A DNA stretch of 64,000 nucleotides from a virus. Taxonomy: Duplodnaviria > Caudoviricetes. The notes under the pieces were generated by a model. It saw only the letters and a program-made list of their open reading frames with translations. It ran no database searches and had not been told where the DNA came from. Location of the stretch: IMG/VR virus record IMGVR_UViG_3300028146_000001, positions 1,381 through 65,380 of that record; one strand, 5' to 3'. The position numbers and the translations under genes were made by a program. Below, piece after piece: positions 45,010 to 53,605 of the stretch (position 1 is its first letter; every line of letters begins with the position of its first letter).

Positions 45010-45420
45010 TCAGTCGTGGGGCAAAGGTGGCAATTCTTCCATCGGAGCCGCCTTTCTTGCTGGCAATCCAAGGCTCAAAGTAGCGGCAACAAGTCGCGCT
45101 CGCATCGTCTGCAAATCCGCCGAATCTTGCTGCGTTTGAGTGGTTGGAGAATTATGTTCTGGAACTACAGCAGCCACAATCGAAGGACTCGGCATCCCTG
45201 TTCCAATCTGCCTTTCCGAACGAATTGTTTCCAGATTCTTGATAGCCTCGTCCGCCATTTCTCGGTAACTATCTCTTTGGCTCTGCATCGACTTAACTTG
45301 ATCGTCTTTCGATTGCATCAGTTGCGAGTGAAGTTTGTAAACAGCCGCCACCAATAAACTGCCAAGCGCCCCGATGACGACAACGGCTTCCGTTGATAGC
45401 GAAATGTCGGCGAACATCAA
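45010..45420 (-). CDS. single-TM coiled-coil protein (holin/spanin-like)
   Basis: N-terminal TM segment then coiled coil; CAGGAG RBS. Confidence 0.6.
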   Translation of the reverse strand: MMFADISLSTEAVVVIGALGSLLVAAVYKLHSQLMQSKDDQVKSMQSQRDSYREMADEAIKNLETIRSERQIGTGMPSPSIVAAVVPEHNSPTTQTQQDSADLQTMRARLVAATLSLGLPARKAAPMEELPPLPHD

Positions 45421-45432
45421 GGCTCCTGAACG

Positions 45433-45909
45433 TCATGATCCTGCATTCGGATTTTCGTCCGGTCCAAGCGGCCTTCGCAAACTACCTTGCTGACGAAGCG
45501 GGCAGTTCTCGGCATCACATCGCTTCGCCATAATGTCGCGGATTAACTTTTGCACCCGCGTTTGCTGTTGCACGTCGGCTTTCAATTCGCCGGTCTGAAA
45601 AATGGTCGCTTCCTGTTGTTGGGCCACGTTGCCGACGTTTTCCGCCATCACTTCAAGCGCCTTGGCAAATCGATTCGCCCTTGCCGTGTCCGCGTCCCGC
45701 GTTTCTTTGGCTCCCTGCAAAACCAGCGCCATCAGCGTTGAATGGTTCTCGTCCATCTTCTTGAAAATGGCGGGCAAGCCCCAGAGCATATGATAGCCGA
45801 GAATTGCCAGAGCGCCGCCGTTTAACAAGATCGGCCCCCATGACGGATCGGGAGTGGCTTGACCGAAAATCACTCCAACCGCGATGCTGGCAAAGAAAAG
45901 CGACTTCAT
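45433..45909 (-). CDS. membrane protein (holin-like)
   Basis: Two N-terminal hydrophobic segments and a coiled coil. Confidence 0.55.
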   Translation of the reverse strand: MKSLFFASIAVGVIFGQATPDPSWGPILLNGGALAILGYHMLWGLPAIFKKMDENHSTLMALVLQGAKETRDADTARANRFAKALEVMAENVGNVAQQQEATIFQTGELKADVQQQTRVQKLIRDIMAKRCDAENCPLRQQGSLRRPLGPDENPNAGS

Positions 45910-45920
45910 GGGGTCCGTCC

Positions 45921-46355
45921 TTATTCAACAATAACCTTGATTAATTCGTCCATTTTCTTGTCGGAATCTTCTTTCTCCTGTTTGACTTTGGCCAGTTCGA
46001 CCGCGTTCCTCAAAAGAGCCGCCGTTACATCGGATTTCGCGATAACGCAATTCACTCCGCACGATGCCGCCTTGGTCATCAACTTATCATCGACCGAAAC
46101 TCCCGTCACTACCAGAGTGGGAATACGAGAAGACACCAATGCGAATGATTCTAACGTATTCTCGGGATTTTGACTATCAGGAAGAAGCAAATCCAAGATA
46201 GCAAGGTCGGGCTTTTCGCTCTCCGCTTTCTCGATGCCGAGTTGAAGTGTGGCAACGACAATGAACTCTGTCTTCTGTTCGGGCCATACGCTTTCGAGTT
46301 GTGCTTGGCGAAGTTGAGCGCACGTTTCCGAGTCCTCGATAATGAGTATTTTCAC
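45921..46355 (-). CDS. stand-alone response-regulator receiver (CheY-like) protein
   Basis: KILIIEDS, DLAILDLLLPD (phospho-Asp), VVTG, IAKS; GTG start with AAGGGG RBS. Confidence 0.88.
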   Translation of the reverse strand: MKILIIEDSETCAQLRQAQLESVWPEQKTEFIVVATLQLGIEKAESEKPDLAILDLLLPDSQNPENTLESFALVSSRIPTLVVTGVSVDDKLMTKAASCGVNCVIAKSDVTAALLRNAVELAKVKQEKEDSDKKMDELIKVIVE

Positions 46356-46389
46356 ATCACATCCCCTTTCCAAACCCCCTTGTTGGCTG

Positions 46390-46418
46390 ATCGTATCATA
46401 CGGAATTTTGTGCGGAAA
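46390..46418 (-). promoter_or_regulatory. promoter P3 for the receiver gene
   Basis: TTTCCG-17-TACGAT with TG extension. Confidence 0.5.
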
Positions 46419-46420
46419 CG

Positions 46421-46484
46421 AAAAAACTCCCGCAAGCCATAGGTGAGACTTGCGGGAGCAGCACCGACACCGACATTCAGGAGT
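46421..46484 (-). ncRNA. candidate small RNA 2 (anti-SD 5' seed and terminator)
   Basis: ACUCCUGAAUGUCGGUGUCGGUGCUG, then a CUCCCGCAAG/CUUGCGGGAG stem and U6. Confidence 0.55.
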
Positions 46485-46489
46485 ACCAG

Positions 46490-46519
46490 ACTCTACCACG
46501 GAAGACGCGGGCGTGTCAA
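46490..46519 (-). promoter_or_regulatory. promoter P2
   Basis: TTGACA-18-TAGAGT with TG extension. Confidence 0.6.
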
Positions 46520-46599
46520 ATGAAAACGCCCGCATCCGGCACAAACCGGAGCGGACGCTGACGAGAGGCGGCAACTATACCTCGTAGCTGCAACCAACC
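46518..46599 (-). ncRNA. candidate small RNA 1
   Basis: GCAGCUA/UAGUUGC hairpin, then terminator CGUCCGC-UCCGG/CCGGA-U-GCGGGCG and UUUUCAUUU. Confidence 0.5.
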
Positions 46600-46605
46600 G
46601 AAGGA

Positions 46606-46633
46606 AATCTATCACACATTCCGCCAAAGTCAA
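46606..46633 (-). promoter_or_regulatory. promoter P1
   Basis: TTGACT-16-TAGATT with TG extension. Confidence 0.55.
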
Positions 46634-46674
46634 AATAAAAACAGCGGATTGACCCTTGCGAGCCAATCCGCCGC
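46632..46674 (-). terminator. terminator of the capsid operon
   Basis: GCGGATTGGC/GTCAATCCGC stem followed by TGTTTTTATTTT. Confidence 0.8.
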
Positions 46675-46703
46675 CCATGAAAGACACCGACCGAAACCTT
46701 GCT

Positions 46704-47291
46704 TTAACGGTGAATCACTTCGATAACGAAATCAGTGTTGATCGCCGCCACCGCCGTTACCGCGCGGCCAATCGTGCCGAACACCTGATTGAACGTCGCA
46801 GCACCAGCCGCTACCGTGGGGTCTTGGCCGATGACCTTCCCATCCGTGGACGGGATGACGTATTCGCCAATTGCCACCGTGGTATCGCCTGCCGCCGCCG
46901 AAGTCACCTTCGCGCAGCCATCGACGACGACGTAGAAAAGATCATTCGCAGCCACGCCCGCAGCCGGAAGGAACTCGTCAATCGGAAATCCGTGTTCTCC
47001 GACCGTTTCGGCGTAACCGGAAACCTGACCGCGTTCCTCATACGCCGTGCCGTCCAGCTTCATCTTCGCGATGCGCTTTGGCAGCAAAGCCCCACCGGAC
47101 AAATTCCGCACCACGCGGACGCGGACCATGCCGGTTGACCGATCCGGCTTCGTCTCGTCGGACGAACCCCAATCCTTGTCGGGGAAAGTGTATTCCTTAC
47201 CCTCGAATCCTGCCCCGTCCGTTGCCGACACGGGGGAGCCGCCGAACCGCGTGAATCCCCGATCAAACGGCGGCGTTTCTTGATAAGCCAT
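46704..47291 (-). CDS. capsid cement/decoration protein
   Basis: Directly after the MCP; GVAANDLFYVVVDG..KV pattern; AAGGAG RBS. Confidence 0.65.
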   Translation of the reverse strand: MAYQETPPFDRGFTRFGGSPVSATDGAGFEGKEYTFPDKDWGSSDETKPDRSTGMVRVRVVRNLSGGALLPKRIAKMKLDGTAYEERGQVSGYAETVGEHGFPIDEFLPAAGVAANDLFYVVVDGCAKVTSAAAGDTTVAIGEYVIPSTDGKVIGQDPTVAAGAATFNQVFGTIGRAVTAVAAINTDFVIEVIHR

Positions 47292-47337
47292 TGTTGAAAC
47301 TCCTTGAAAACCTTGGAATGAAGAAAAACCGCCGCTC

Positions 47338-48438
47338 TTACGTGATCGCTTTGAACTTGAGGAAGTTGCGAATCGTCTCGAACTTCAAGTTGGCCGTGAT
47401 CGTCGCCCAGAACCGCCACACTTGGCTTGCAGGGTCCAAATCCGGCCCCTTCACGTCGATCAACTCCGCGTCAAGCGACACCAGTTCCAGAGCGTTCATG
47501 CACCACCCGTAGCCGACACCGCCAGGAACGCCGAATTCCCAAGTAATGTCAGTACCATCGAAATTGATGATGTCCTTGAAGCCGAGCTTCACCGCACCGC
47601 TCGAATCCCCAGGCCCAACCGGAATGCGCTCTTCCGTCTGGAACAAGGACACGAACTGCCGATACATTTCCCGTTCGTGGATCACGATGTCAATTGCCTT
47701 GTCCTTGTCGTCGTTGCGCCGACACGCCATCAGACCATAGCGGGTCGCGTCGAGACAGGTATTCGGCCAAGTCTTCGTCGCTTGGGGCCAGTTGGCGTTC
47801 GTGTAGTCCACCACGATTGGCGACCAGAAATCGTAAGTCGCCGAGCCGGTCCCATCCGGCCATGTGGTCGCGCCCCACGAACCACCGTAAGCGCCCAGCG
47901 CGGTAGACAGACCGGCGTAGGCATCGTTGGGAGCGCCGACCTTGCCCGTGCCGCCGATCGCGCCGCTGACCGACATGAACGATTCGATGCCGTGGAACTT
48001 GAGTTGGTTTCCGGCAGCGTTGCCGTCCACGTACATCTCAGGTCCGAGCTTTTGACCAATATCCTCCATGATCCATTTGGCCTTATTCGCCCAGATGTCA
48101 ACCAAGGCTTCCACGCCACGGTTCTTCTTGCGGTCCAGATCGTGCATACCTTCGGGCATCGAATAACCGCGCCACGGCAGCACGGCTTTCTTGTGCCGGT
48201 TGACCGGCGCGAAGGTGAGGACCGATGAATCGTCGAATCCTTGCAGATCGTTTTGCAAGAAGCGGACTTGCCATTGCATGTCGTCGCTTGCGCCCGATCC
48301 CGCACCGCTCGCGTTGAACGTGATAAGGCCGCGCGATTCCAGCATGGCCAACAGTAAACGCTTGCGTAAGACGGCAGGCGTTTCCCCCCTGATGTACTTC
48401 GTGATGGTCGTATTGACCAAGCCTGCCCAATTCGACAT
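47338..48438 (-). CDS. major capsid protein
   Basis: 366 aa after the scaffold; AAGGAG RBS; strong codon bias; HK97-type patterns (MYVDGNAAGNQLKFHGIESF, LGFKDIINFDG). Confidence 0.85.
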   Translation of the reverse strand: MSNWAGLVNTTITKYIRGETPAVLRKRLLLAMLESRGLITFNASGAGSGASDDMQWQVRFLQNDLQGFDDSSVLTFAPVNRHKKAVLPWRGYSMPEGMHDLDRKKNRGVEALVDIWANKAKWIMEDIGQKLGPEMYVDGNAAGNQLKFHGIESFMSVSGAIGGTGKVGAPNDAYAGLSTALGAYGGSWGATTWPDGTGSATYDFWSPIVVDYTNANWPQATKTWPNTCLDATRYGLMACRRNDDKDKAIDIVIHEREMYRQFVSLFQTEERIPVGPGDSSGAVKLGFKDIINFDGTDITWEFGVPGGVGYGWCMNALELVSLDAELIDVKGPDLDPASQVWRFWATITANLKFETIRNFLKFKAIT

Positions 48439-48473
48439 GATTCATCTCCTTGAAGATTTGGTTCCCTGAACCC

Positions 48474-49718
48474 TTATTGGTTGATGGTTTCGTTCGTTAG
48501 CCCAGCTTCCTTGAACGCTTTGAGCAGTTGCGACCGCAGATTCTTGGAAGTGATCGGCTTCTCCGCGTTCGGCGGTCCCTTGGCAGTCGGAGTCGCCGGA
48601 TTCTTCTTGTCCAAGAACGCATCGTTGGCCGCTTGTTGCGGGTCTTTCGCGGGAGCCGCAGCAGCAGGAGCCACCCGCTTGCCGTTCAATAACTCGCTGA
48701 CTTGCTGTGAAGTCATCGAACCGGCAGCGACTTGTTGCAGCGCCCAGGTCGAATAGTCCCGTTGAATCTGCGCGTAGGCAAGCTGTTCGATTTCTTGCTG
48801 GTTCTGATAGCCGCGCTGCTGTTGGGCCGCGCGAACGCTCTCCGCGTAATTCTTGAACCGTTCACCCCACGGCGAAAGTTTCTCGACCGTCACCCACTGG
48901 CCGCTTGTCGGGTCGATGATTTGACTGGTAACGGGATTCCCAGTCGCATCGACTTCAAACAGCCATTCGCGGTTGCGGTCAATGAACGTCGAAGCGTTTT
49001 GGCGGGCCGACGTGCTTTCCATGTATTTCGCCAACGTCTCTTCGGCGATTGCCCGAGCGCGGGCTTCCATTTGCTCTTGCATCGGAGCCATGAACTCGAA
49101 CGGATTGGACAGCAACTTCTCCGCTTGCTCGCGGCGGAACTGTTCGTACTGCTGAATCTTCATGACCACATCGGGCGGAGCGCCGGGCGCTGGCATCAGA
49201 TTCCCGTTGGCGTCCTTCACGACCTGTTGCAACCACGCCTGATTGTATTCGGGCGGTTGCCACGACTTCTTCCACCACGGGTCATTCGGTTGGCCAGCGG
49301 CAGGAGCCACCGGAGCGGCGGGAGCGGCTTGCTGTTGTTGCCGCCAAGCGTTGTAGTCCTTGGCCTGTGCGAGATACGCCTGAACGTGCGGCAGAAGATG
49401 CCGGACTTGCTCGAATGCCTGCCGTTCGGCGTGAATCCGTTTCAAGTTCGCAATCGTTTCCGGTTCGTCCTTGCCAACGGGCAGACCAGCGCCCTTCAAG
49501 TTTTCCAGCCACGACGGAGCCGCAGGCGTCGTCGGAGTCGCGGGCGTTTCTGGGTGTACACCCTGCACACCTGGGCTGGAAGGCGCTGGCGTCGATGGAA
49601 TAGAAGGCGTTGCATCGGCGGGAGGAGTTGCGGGAGCCGATGGAGTTGCAGGAGCCGCAGCCGCAGCGCCGTCATCGGCGGCGAAGTTAGCAAACTCCGC
49701 GTACAAATTTCTTTTCAT
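48474..49718 (-). CDS. capsid scaffolding protein
   Basis: Pro/Ala-rich N-terminus, helical core, LRSQLLKAF C-terminal helix; upstream of the MCP. Confidence 0.7.
   Translation of the reverse strand: MKRNLYAEFANFAADDGAAAAAPATPSAPATPPADATPSIPSTPAPSSPGVQGVHPETPATPTTPAAPSWLENLKGAGLPVGKDEPETIANLKRIHAERQAFEQVRHLLPHVQAYLAQAKDYNAWRQQQQAAPAAPVAPAAGQPNDPWWKKSWQPPEYNQAWLQQVVKDANGNLMPAPGAPPDVVMKIQQYEQFRREQAEKLLSNPFEFMAPMQEQMEARARAIAEETLAKYMESTSARQNASTFIDRNREWLFEVDATGNPVTSQIIDPTSGQWVTVEKLSPWGERFKNYAESVRAAQQQRGYQNQQEIEQLAYAQIQRDYSTWALQQVAAGSMTSQQVSELLNGKRVAPAAAAPAKDPQQAANDAFLDKKNPATPTAKGPPNAEKPITSKNLRSQLLKAFKEAGLTNETINQ
49546..49575 (+). repeat. GGTGTACACC-N4-ACACC motif, copy 2 (inside the scaffold gene)
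   Basis: GTTTCTGGGTGTACACCCTGCACACCTGGG. Confidence 0.65.
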
Positions 49719-49845
49719 TTTTCACGTCCTTACTTGACAATCGGTGTTTCATGGGAACACTACTGCAAGTAAGCCTATCGGGGAAAAGAAGAAAATTCAA
49801 ATAATATTATTTGCTTTCTCTCGATTTGTCATTCTGGAAAATAAT

Positions 49846-49873
49846 TTGCAAAACTGTAAACGTGTGCAATACT
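49846..49873 (+). promoter_or_regulatory. promoter, probably leaderless, for the 49879 gene
   Basis: TTGCAA-16-AATACT with TG extension, in an AT-rich divergent gap; ATG 6 nt after the -10. Confidence 0.5.
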
Positions 49874-49878
49874 CGATC

Positions 49879-50172
49879 ATGCACAAGAAAATGTCACCAT
49901 CTGAGATCGCCACGTACATTCGAGAGCGAACGTATTTGATGTGCGAAATGAACCGCGTTGCCTACTGGATCAAGTTCAATGATAGGAGCGTCGTCATCAA
50001 CATCTACCGCACCATCGCCTTGAAACAAGAGTTGGTCCGCGTTCATTGCCAGACCGCGATTGATTGGCGAGAACTAATGCACGCCAAGTTCGACATGGCA
50101 ACGTGGCGTCTTTACGAAGTCATTAAGGAGCTTACCATTGCAGTACGCAACCAAACCGGCATCCCCAATTGA
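49879..50172 (+). CDS. hypothetical protein
   Basis: Divergent from the late operon. Confidence 0.5.
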   Translation: MHKKMSPSEIATYIRERTYLMCEMNRVAYWIKFNDRSVVINIYRTIALKQELVRVHCQTAIDWRELMHAKFDMATWRLYEVIKELTIAVRNQTGIPN

Positions 50173-50437
50173 AGTCCTCTTGAACGTCTCTTTGACCGAC
50201 GCCGAGATCACCGACTACCGCTGCCGATTCGAGACGCTAACGCCCGCCGAGCGGAACCTTGCTGTCGTTGTCGCACACGGTTTTACTTGCTACACCGGCT
50301 CAGAACGACTCGGCATCTCCGTTCCGAAATTCTTCCGCACCATAAAATTCGTGCTGGCGAAATTGGATTGTTCGCGGGATGAATTGCCCAAGATCGTGTT
50401 CGCGGCGTTGGGGTTGTTGATCGAGCATTCGATGTGA
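50138..50437 (+). CDS. LuxR-type HTH protein
   Basis: LTPAERNLAVVVAHG......RLGISV.......VLAKL. Confidence 0.65.
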   Translation: MQYATKPASPIEVLLNVSLTDAEITDYRCRFETLTPAERNLAVVVAHGFTCYTGSERLGISVPKFFRTIKFVLAKLDCSRDELPKIVFAALGLLIEHSM

Positions 50438-50496
50438 AAAGAAAAACCGCGTAGGAACACGATCCCTACGCGGCGGAACAGGAAGAGAGAAGGCAT
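50437..50496 (-). ncRNA. candidate small RNA 3 (pyrimidine-rich seed and terminator)
   Basis: Promoter TTGCCG-17-TAAGTT at 50501-50529; GCCUUCUCUCUUCCUGUUCCG, then CCGCGUAGG/CCUACGCGG and UUUUU. Confidence 0.5.
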
Positions 50497-50531
50497 AGAC
50501 AACTTACACTTCACCGGCTAATTCGGCAACT

Positions 50532-50921
50532 TCACTTCCGCAAATGTTCAGCCGATCCGTTCATCAACTTATCCTCAAAATCATACTGCGCGGTATCGGC
50601 CCATTGCCAACTGCCGCGCATCTCTCCGTTCTCAAGGATCGCGTATTGGCCATCGGCGATTCTTCCTTCGGGGAAGTTGATCCACGTCAGCCGAGCCGAC
50701 TTGCCATCGGCAGAGATCACACCGTCTGCCACCCACGATTGATTTCCGCTGATCGTAAACTTGCGAACCTCTTGATCGAGCTTGCCGAATTGACAACTTG
50801 AAATCAGAATTGGAATTTTGTCTTTCTTGTCGATGGTGCGGTCAGGCGGAAAAGCCGAGATGAATCCGAGAATGATGGTGAGTCCGAGGCCAACGAGAAC
50901 CGCTTGCAGATAGGATCGCAT
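50532..50921 (-). CDS. secreted or membrane-anchored protein
   Basis: N-terminal hydrophobic helix; GGAGGG RBS. Confidence 0.6.
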   Translation of the reverse strand: MRSYLQAVLVGLGLTIILGFISAFPPDRTIDKKDKIPILISSCQFGKLDQEVRKFTISGNQSWVADGVISADGKSARLTWINFPEGRIADGQYAILENGEMRGSWQWADTAQYDFEDKLMNGSAEHLRK

Positions 50922-50922
50922 G

Positions 50923-51279
50923 TCACCCTCCTTGTTCGCTCCCCCATTTATTTTCCCATTCTACACCAAGAGTCAGCGCCGACCACCAAACCCTGCCGAT
51001 GGACCAGCGCCCATCTTTCTTCCAAGCCTTGTCCTTTCGATCAACGCCGGAACAGCCAAGTTTCTTTCTCGCTTTTTTGAAATACTGCTGGCACAACTCA
51101 AAGGATATTCCAAGTTCGTCCATCGTTTCAAGAAGCGTTCGGCCCATCATGGCCAGTTCGATGACTTGATATTCGCGGGGTCGAAGTGAGCGGACCAAGG
51201 AAAGGCATTCGCGCGGATCGTTGTTGAAAATGTTTTGATCGAGAAGTTCAAGTTCCGCTTGCCTTTTCAGCTTTCTCAT
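50923..51279 (-). CDS. LuxR-type HTH protein
   Basis: LRPREYQVIELAMMGRT..E...ELGIS.......KARKKLG. Confidence 0.7.
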   Translation of the reverse strand: MRKLKRQAELELLDQNIFNNDPRECLSLVRSLRPREYQVIELAMMGRTLLETMDELGISFELCQQYFKKARKKLGCSGVDRKDKAWKKDGRWSIGRVWWSALTLGVEWENKWGSEQGG

Positions 51280-51433
51280 CAATCGACTCCGCGATACAAG
51301 CCGCCGCCATAAAACCGGCCTGCCAAGCCTTCTCAATCATCAACATCGTGTCAGGCGATGCAGGGCAAAGGACAGCTTTATCAAGAAGCCACCGTTCTTC
51401 ACACAATTTGATCCAGTCTTTTTGATCGTTCAT
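51248..51433 (-). CDS. hypothetical protein
   Basis: ATGA coupling. Confidence 0.5.
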   Translation of the reverse strand: MNDQKDWIKLCEERWLLDKAVLCPASPDTMLMIEKAWQAGFMAAACIAESIDEKAEKASGT

Positions 51434-51957
51434 TTTTTCTCCTGAAACTCGGCGTCCTCAATGTTCTCGTCTTCCGGTTTCGGCTTTTCGTAACCAAGAG
51501 CCAACGTCGGCATCTGCCCGTCCCGAACGGACGGCAACACCTTCTCGATGATCCAATCCCCCATGACCTGATCGTTCGGCATCAAGATAAAAGCCAAAAA
51601 CTCTTTTTCAATCGAGGAGATGCCGCACTCCACCGCTTCCAGTTTCGCCTTGATGACCAACAGCAAAGCCCGCCAGCGGGAGCGCAGTTCTTGTTCGTAG
51701 GCACGCTGGCGCTGCAACTCACTCATCGACACATCGCGGCCACGGGTTTTCTTGTGCGTGAACCGTTTTTCGTTACGAGCCGGAAACGGCAACACGAACC
51801 GAATAAACAATTCTCGAATGCGGAACATCACCATCGCCGCGTCCGCTCTCCAACCGGAATGAAACTCAGACGCCCCATATTTGCGAAGCGTCTCTTCGAT
51901 CTCCGCGCGAGAGCGTTCGACGGGGACCGTGGTAGATTCGGCAAAACGCGGCATCAT
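51430..51957 (-). CDS. conserved phage hypothetical protein
   Basis: AESTTVPVERSRAEIE..L.KYGA and RWRALLLVIKAKLEAVECGI. Confidence 0.75.
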   Translation of the reverse strand: MMPRFAESTTVPVERSRAEIEETLRKYGASEFHSGWRADAAMVMFRIRELFIRFVLPFPARNEKRFTHKKTRGRDVSMSELQRQRAYEQELRSRWRALLLVIKAKLEAVECGISSIEKEFLAFILMPNDQVMGDWIIEKVLPSVRDGQMPTLALGYEKPKPEDENIEDAEFQEKK

Positions 51958-52115
51958 TCATCCTCTTCGGTGTCTTCAAGCTCCACTTCACGACGCAAAC
52001 GATCCCTGATCCAGTCCGATAACTTCATCTGTGCAACGGCGGCGGCTTCTTCCCAAAGCTCCTTCTCTTCACTCGGAACGCGAATGGTTATTGTGGCGTC
52101 GTTGCGCATCACCAT
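51954..52115 (-). CDS. ribbon-helix-helix (DUF1778/MobC-like) DNA-binding protein
   Basis: ITIRVPSEEKELWEEAA....MKLSDWIRDRL. Confidence 0.65.
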   Translation of the reverse strand: MVMRNDATITIRVPSEEKELWEEAAAVAQMKLSDWIRDRLRREVELEDTEEDE

Positions 52116-52442
52116 ATCCCCGATGGAGCCTGAACCGTCATCCCCAACAACGCATAATAAACCGCGCTGCACCGCTCACACTGGCCAAACCGCACGCGGA
52201 GAAGTCGAGAACCGCAGAACCACTCTTGAGCGTCGATCATGTGAACGCGGCAGAATATAGAAGACACCGGAATCTTCGCTGGCCACTGAAAGCAATCGAA
52301 CTTCGGCGAGCATTGGCCGCAAACCACATCCTGCCACGGCAAGTTTGCAAGGTACGTCACGCACTCAAACGAAGTCGGTTGCCATAGACAGGACTTCGTG
52401 ATCGCCTTCTCGATGTCGCGTATTTCTAGAGCGTCGGGCATC

Positions 52443-52661
52443 TTATTTTCTCTTCACCGGAACTAGCGCCTTGGCACGCATACCATCGAGCCATTGCTGA
52501 ACTTCACGGTCAGCCAATAAGGTTCGCAGAGCAACCCAATCGAAGTCGTGGCTGTCCTCGCCGGAACCTTCTTCGGCGTGAACGATGATCGAACCAAGTT
52601 TGCAGAGCAATCCAACGGGAGGATTGAAAACATCAACCATCTCACGAACTTTCTTGGTCAT
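52443..52661 (-). CDS. hypothetical protein
   Basis: AAGGA RBS; LLCKLGSIIVHAEE. Confidence 0.6.
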   Translation of the reverse strand: MTKKVREMVDVFNPPVGLLCKLGSIIVHAEEGSGEDSHDFDWVALRTLLADREVQQWLDGMRAKALVPVKRK

Positions 52662-53012
52662 CGCGTTCCTTTGTGGTTGGTAAATGTCGAACGGCTCTGG
52701 CCGGACTTGAGTACCGGCTATGAGAATGCTTGGGAAACAAATAAAACCCGCGTTCTCCCCGTGCGTCTTTGTTTTTTGCTTGAGTCAAGTCGCCCAGGTT
52801 CTTGTACGGCCAACGGCACTTTCTGCCTGTATCACCCGCTGGAATGGTTACACAGCGTAGAGAAAGGTCAAGCGTGTCCTTCCACGCCGCAGAGCCGTTC
52901 GACAAAGACAACCATACCACCGGAATGCGTGTAAGACAAATCGAACTTGGAATTTTTCCGCGAAGTGATCTTGCCGAAACGCCAGCGAGCGGATTATGAT
53001 AACGCCCGTCTG

Positions 53013-53057
53013 AAATAGAAAGTGCCAGCGCTTCCGACGAAAGAACGCGCTGGCACT
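53013..53057 (-). terminator. intrinsic terminator/hairpin
   Basis: GTGCCAGCGC/GCGCTGGCAC stem followed by TTTCTATTT. Confidence 0.7.
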
Positions 53058-53605
53058 AAATATCATCCGGCGAAGTCAATTCTATCAACACTTCTGCCGG
53101 TCCGTCAACCCCTCGACGACATAGCGGACCAATTTTCCGCAAACCCGAACTTACCCTCGGCGTCCAGGCCCAGCGGCCCGATGTCGTAAAAGGGACCGCC
53201 AAAGCGCGGCGCAATCCACGCCCAGAACCGCGCAAACCCGTCCCGCGACCGGCCCCGTGGCCTCGATCTAAGTCCAAACCGAACTAAAACGACCGCTTCG
53301 GCGTTTTCTACAGACCGGCAAAGACTCGATTCTGACCCGAAAAGTCGCCATAAACCCGAAACACCGGACAACGCCTACGGACCATCCGAACCGCCACAGA
53401 TTCGCTCGCCTATATATCAAGAGTGAATCCAAACCTCCTTCGCTGCCGCGCAGCGGCCCAGTGGAGTACCACCAAACTTCAAACACTTTCATCCAAACCG
53501 TTTGAACATCGCCGCCGATCCTAACCCCTATCGCCAAAATCCCCTCAAAATACCTCCAAAACCGGCAATCCAAGCTACCAGCCACCCCCATTCACCATCC
53601 AACCG

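Noticed and set aside
46507-46533. GCGGGCGT/ACGCCCGC inverted repeat as a separate terminator
   Set aside because: It overlaps the RNA1 terminator 3' arm and the P2 -35 and has no U-tract. It is at most an alternative (antiterminator-like) fold within the cassette.
49734-49762. TTGACA at 49734 and 53812 as promoters
   Set aside because: No convincing -10 at 16-18 nt spacing.
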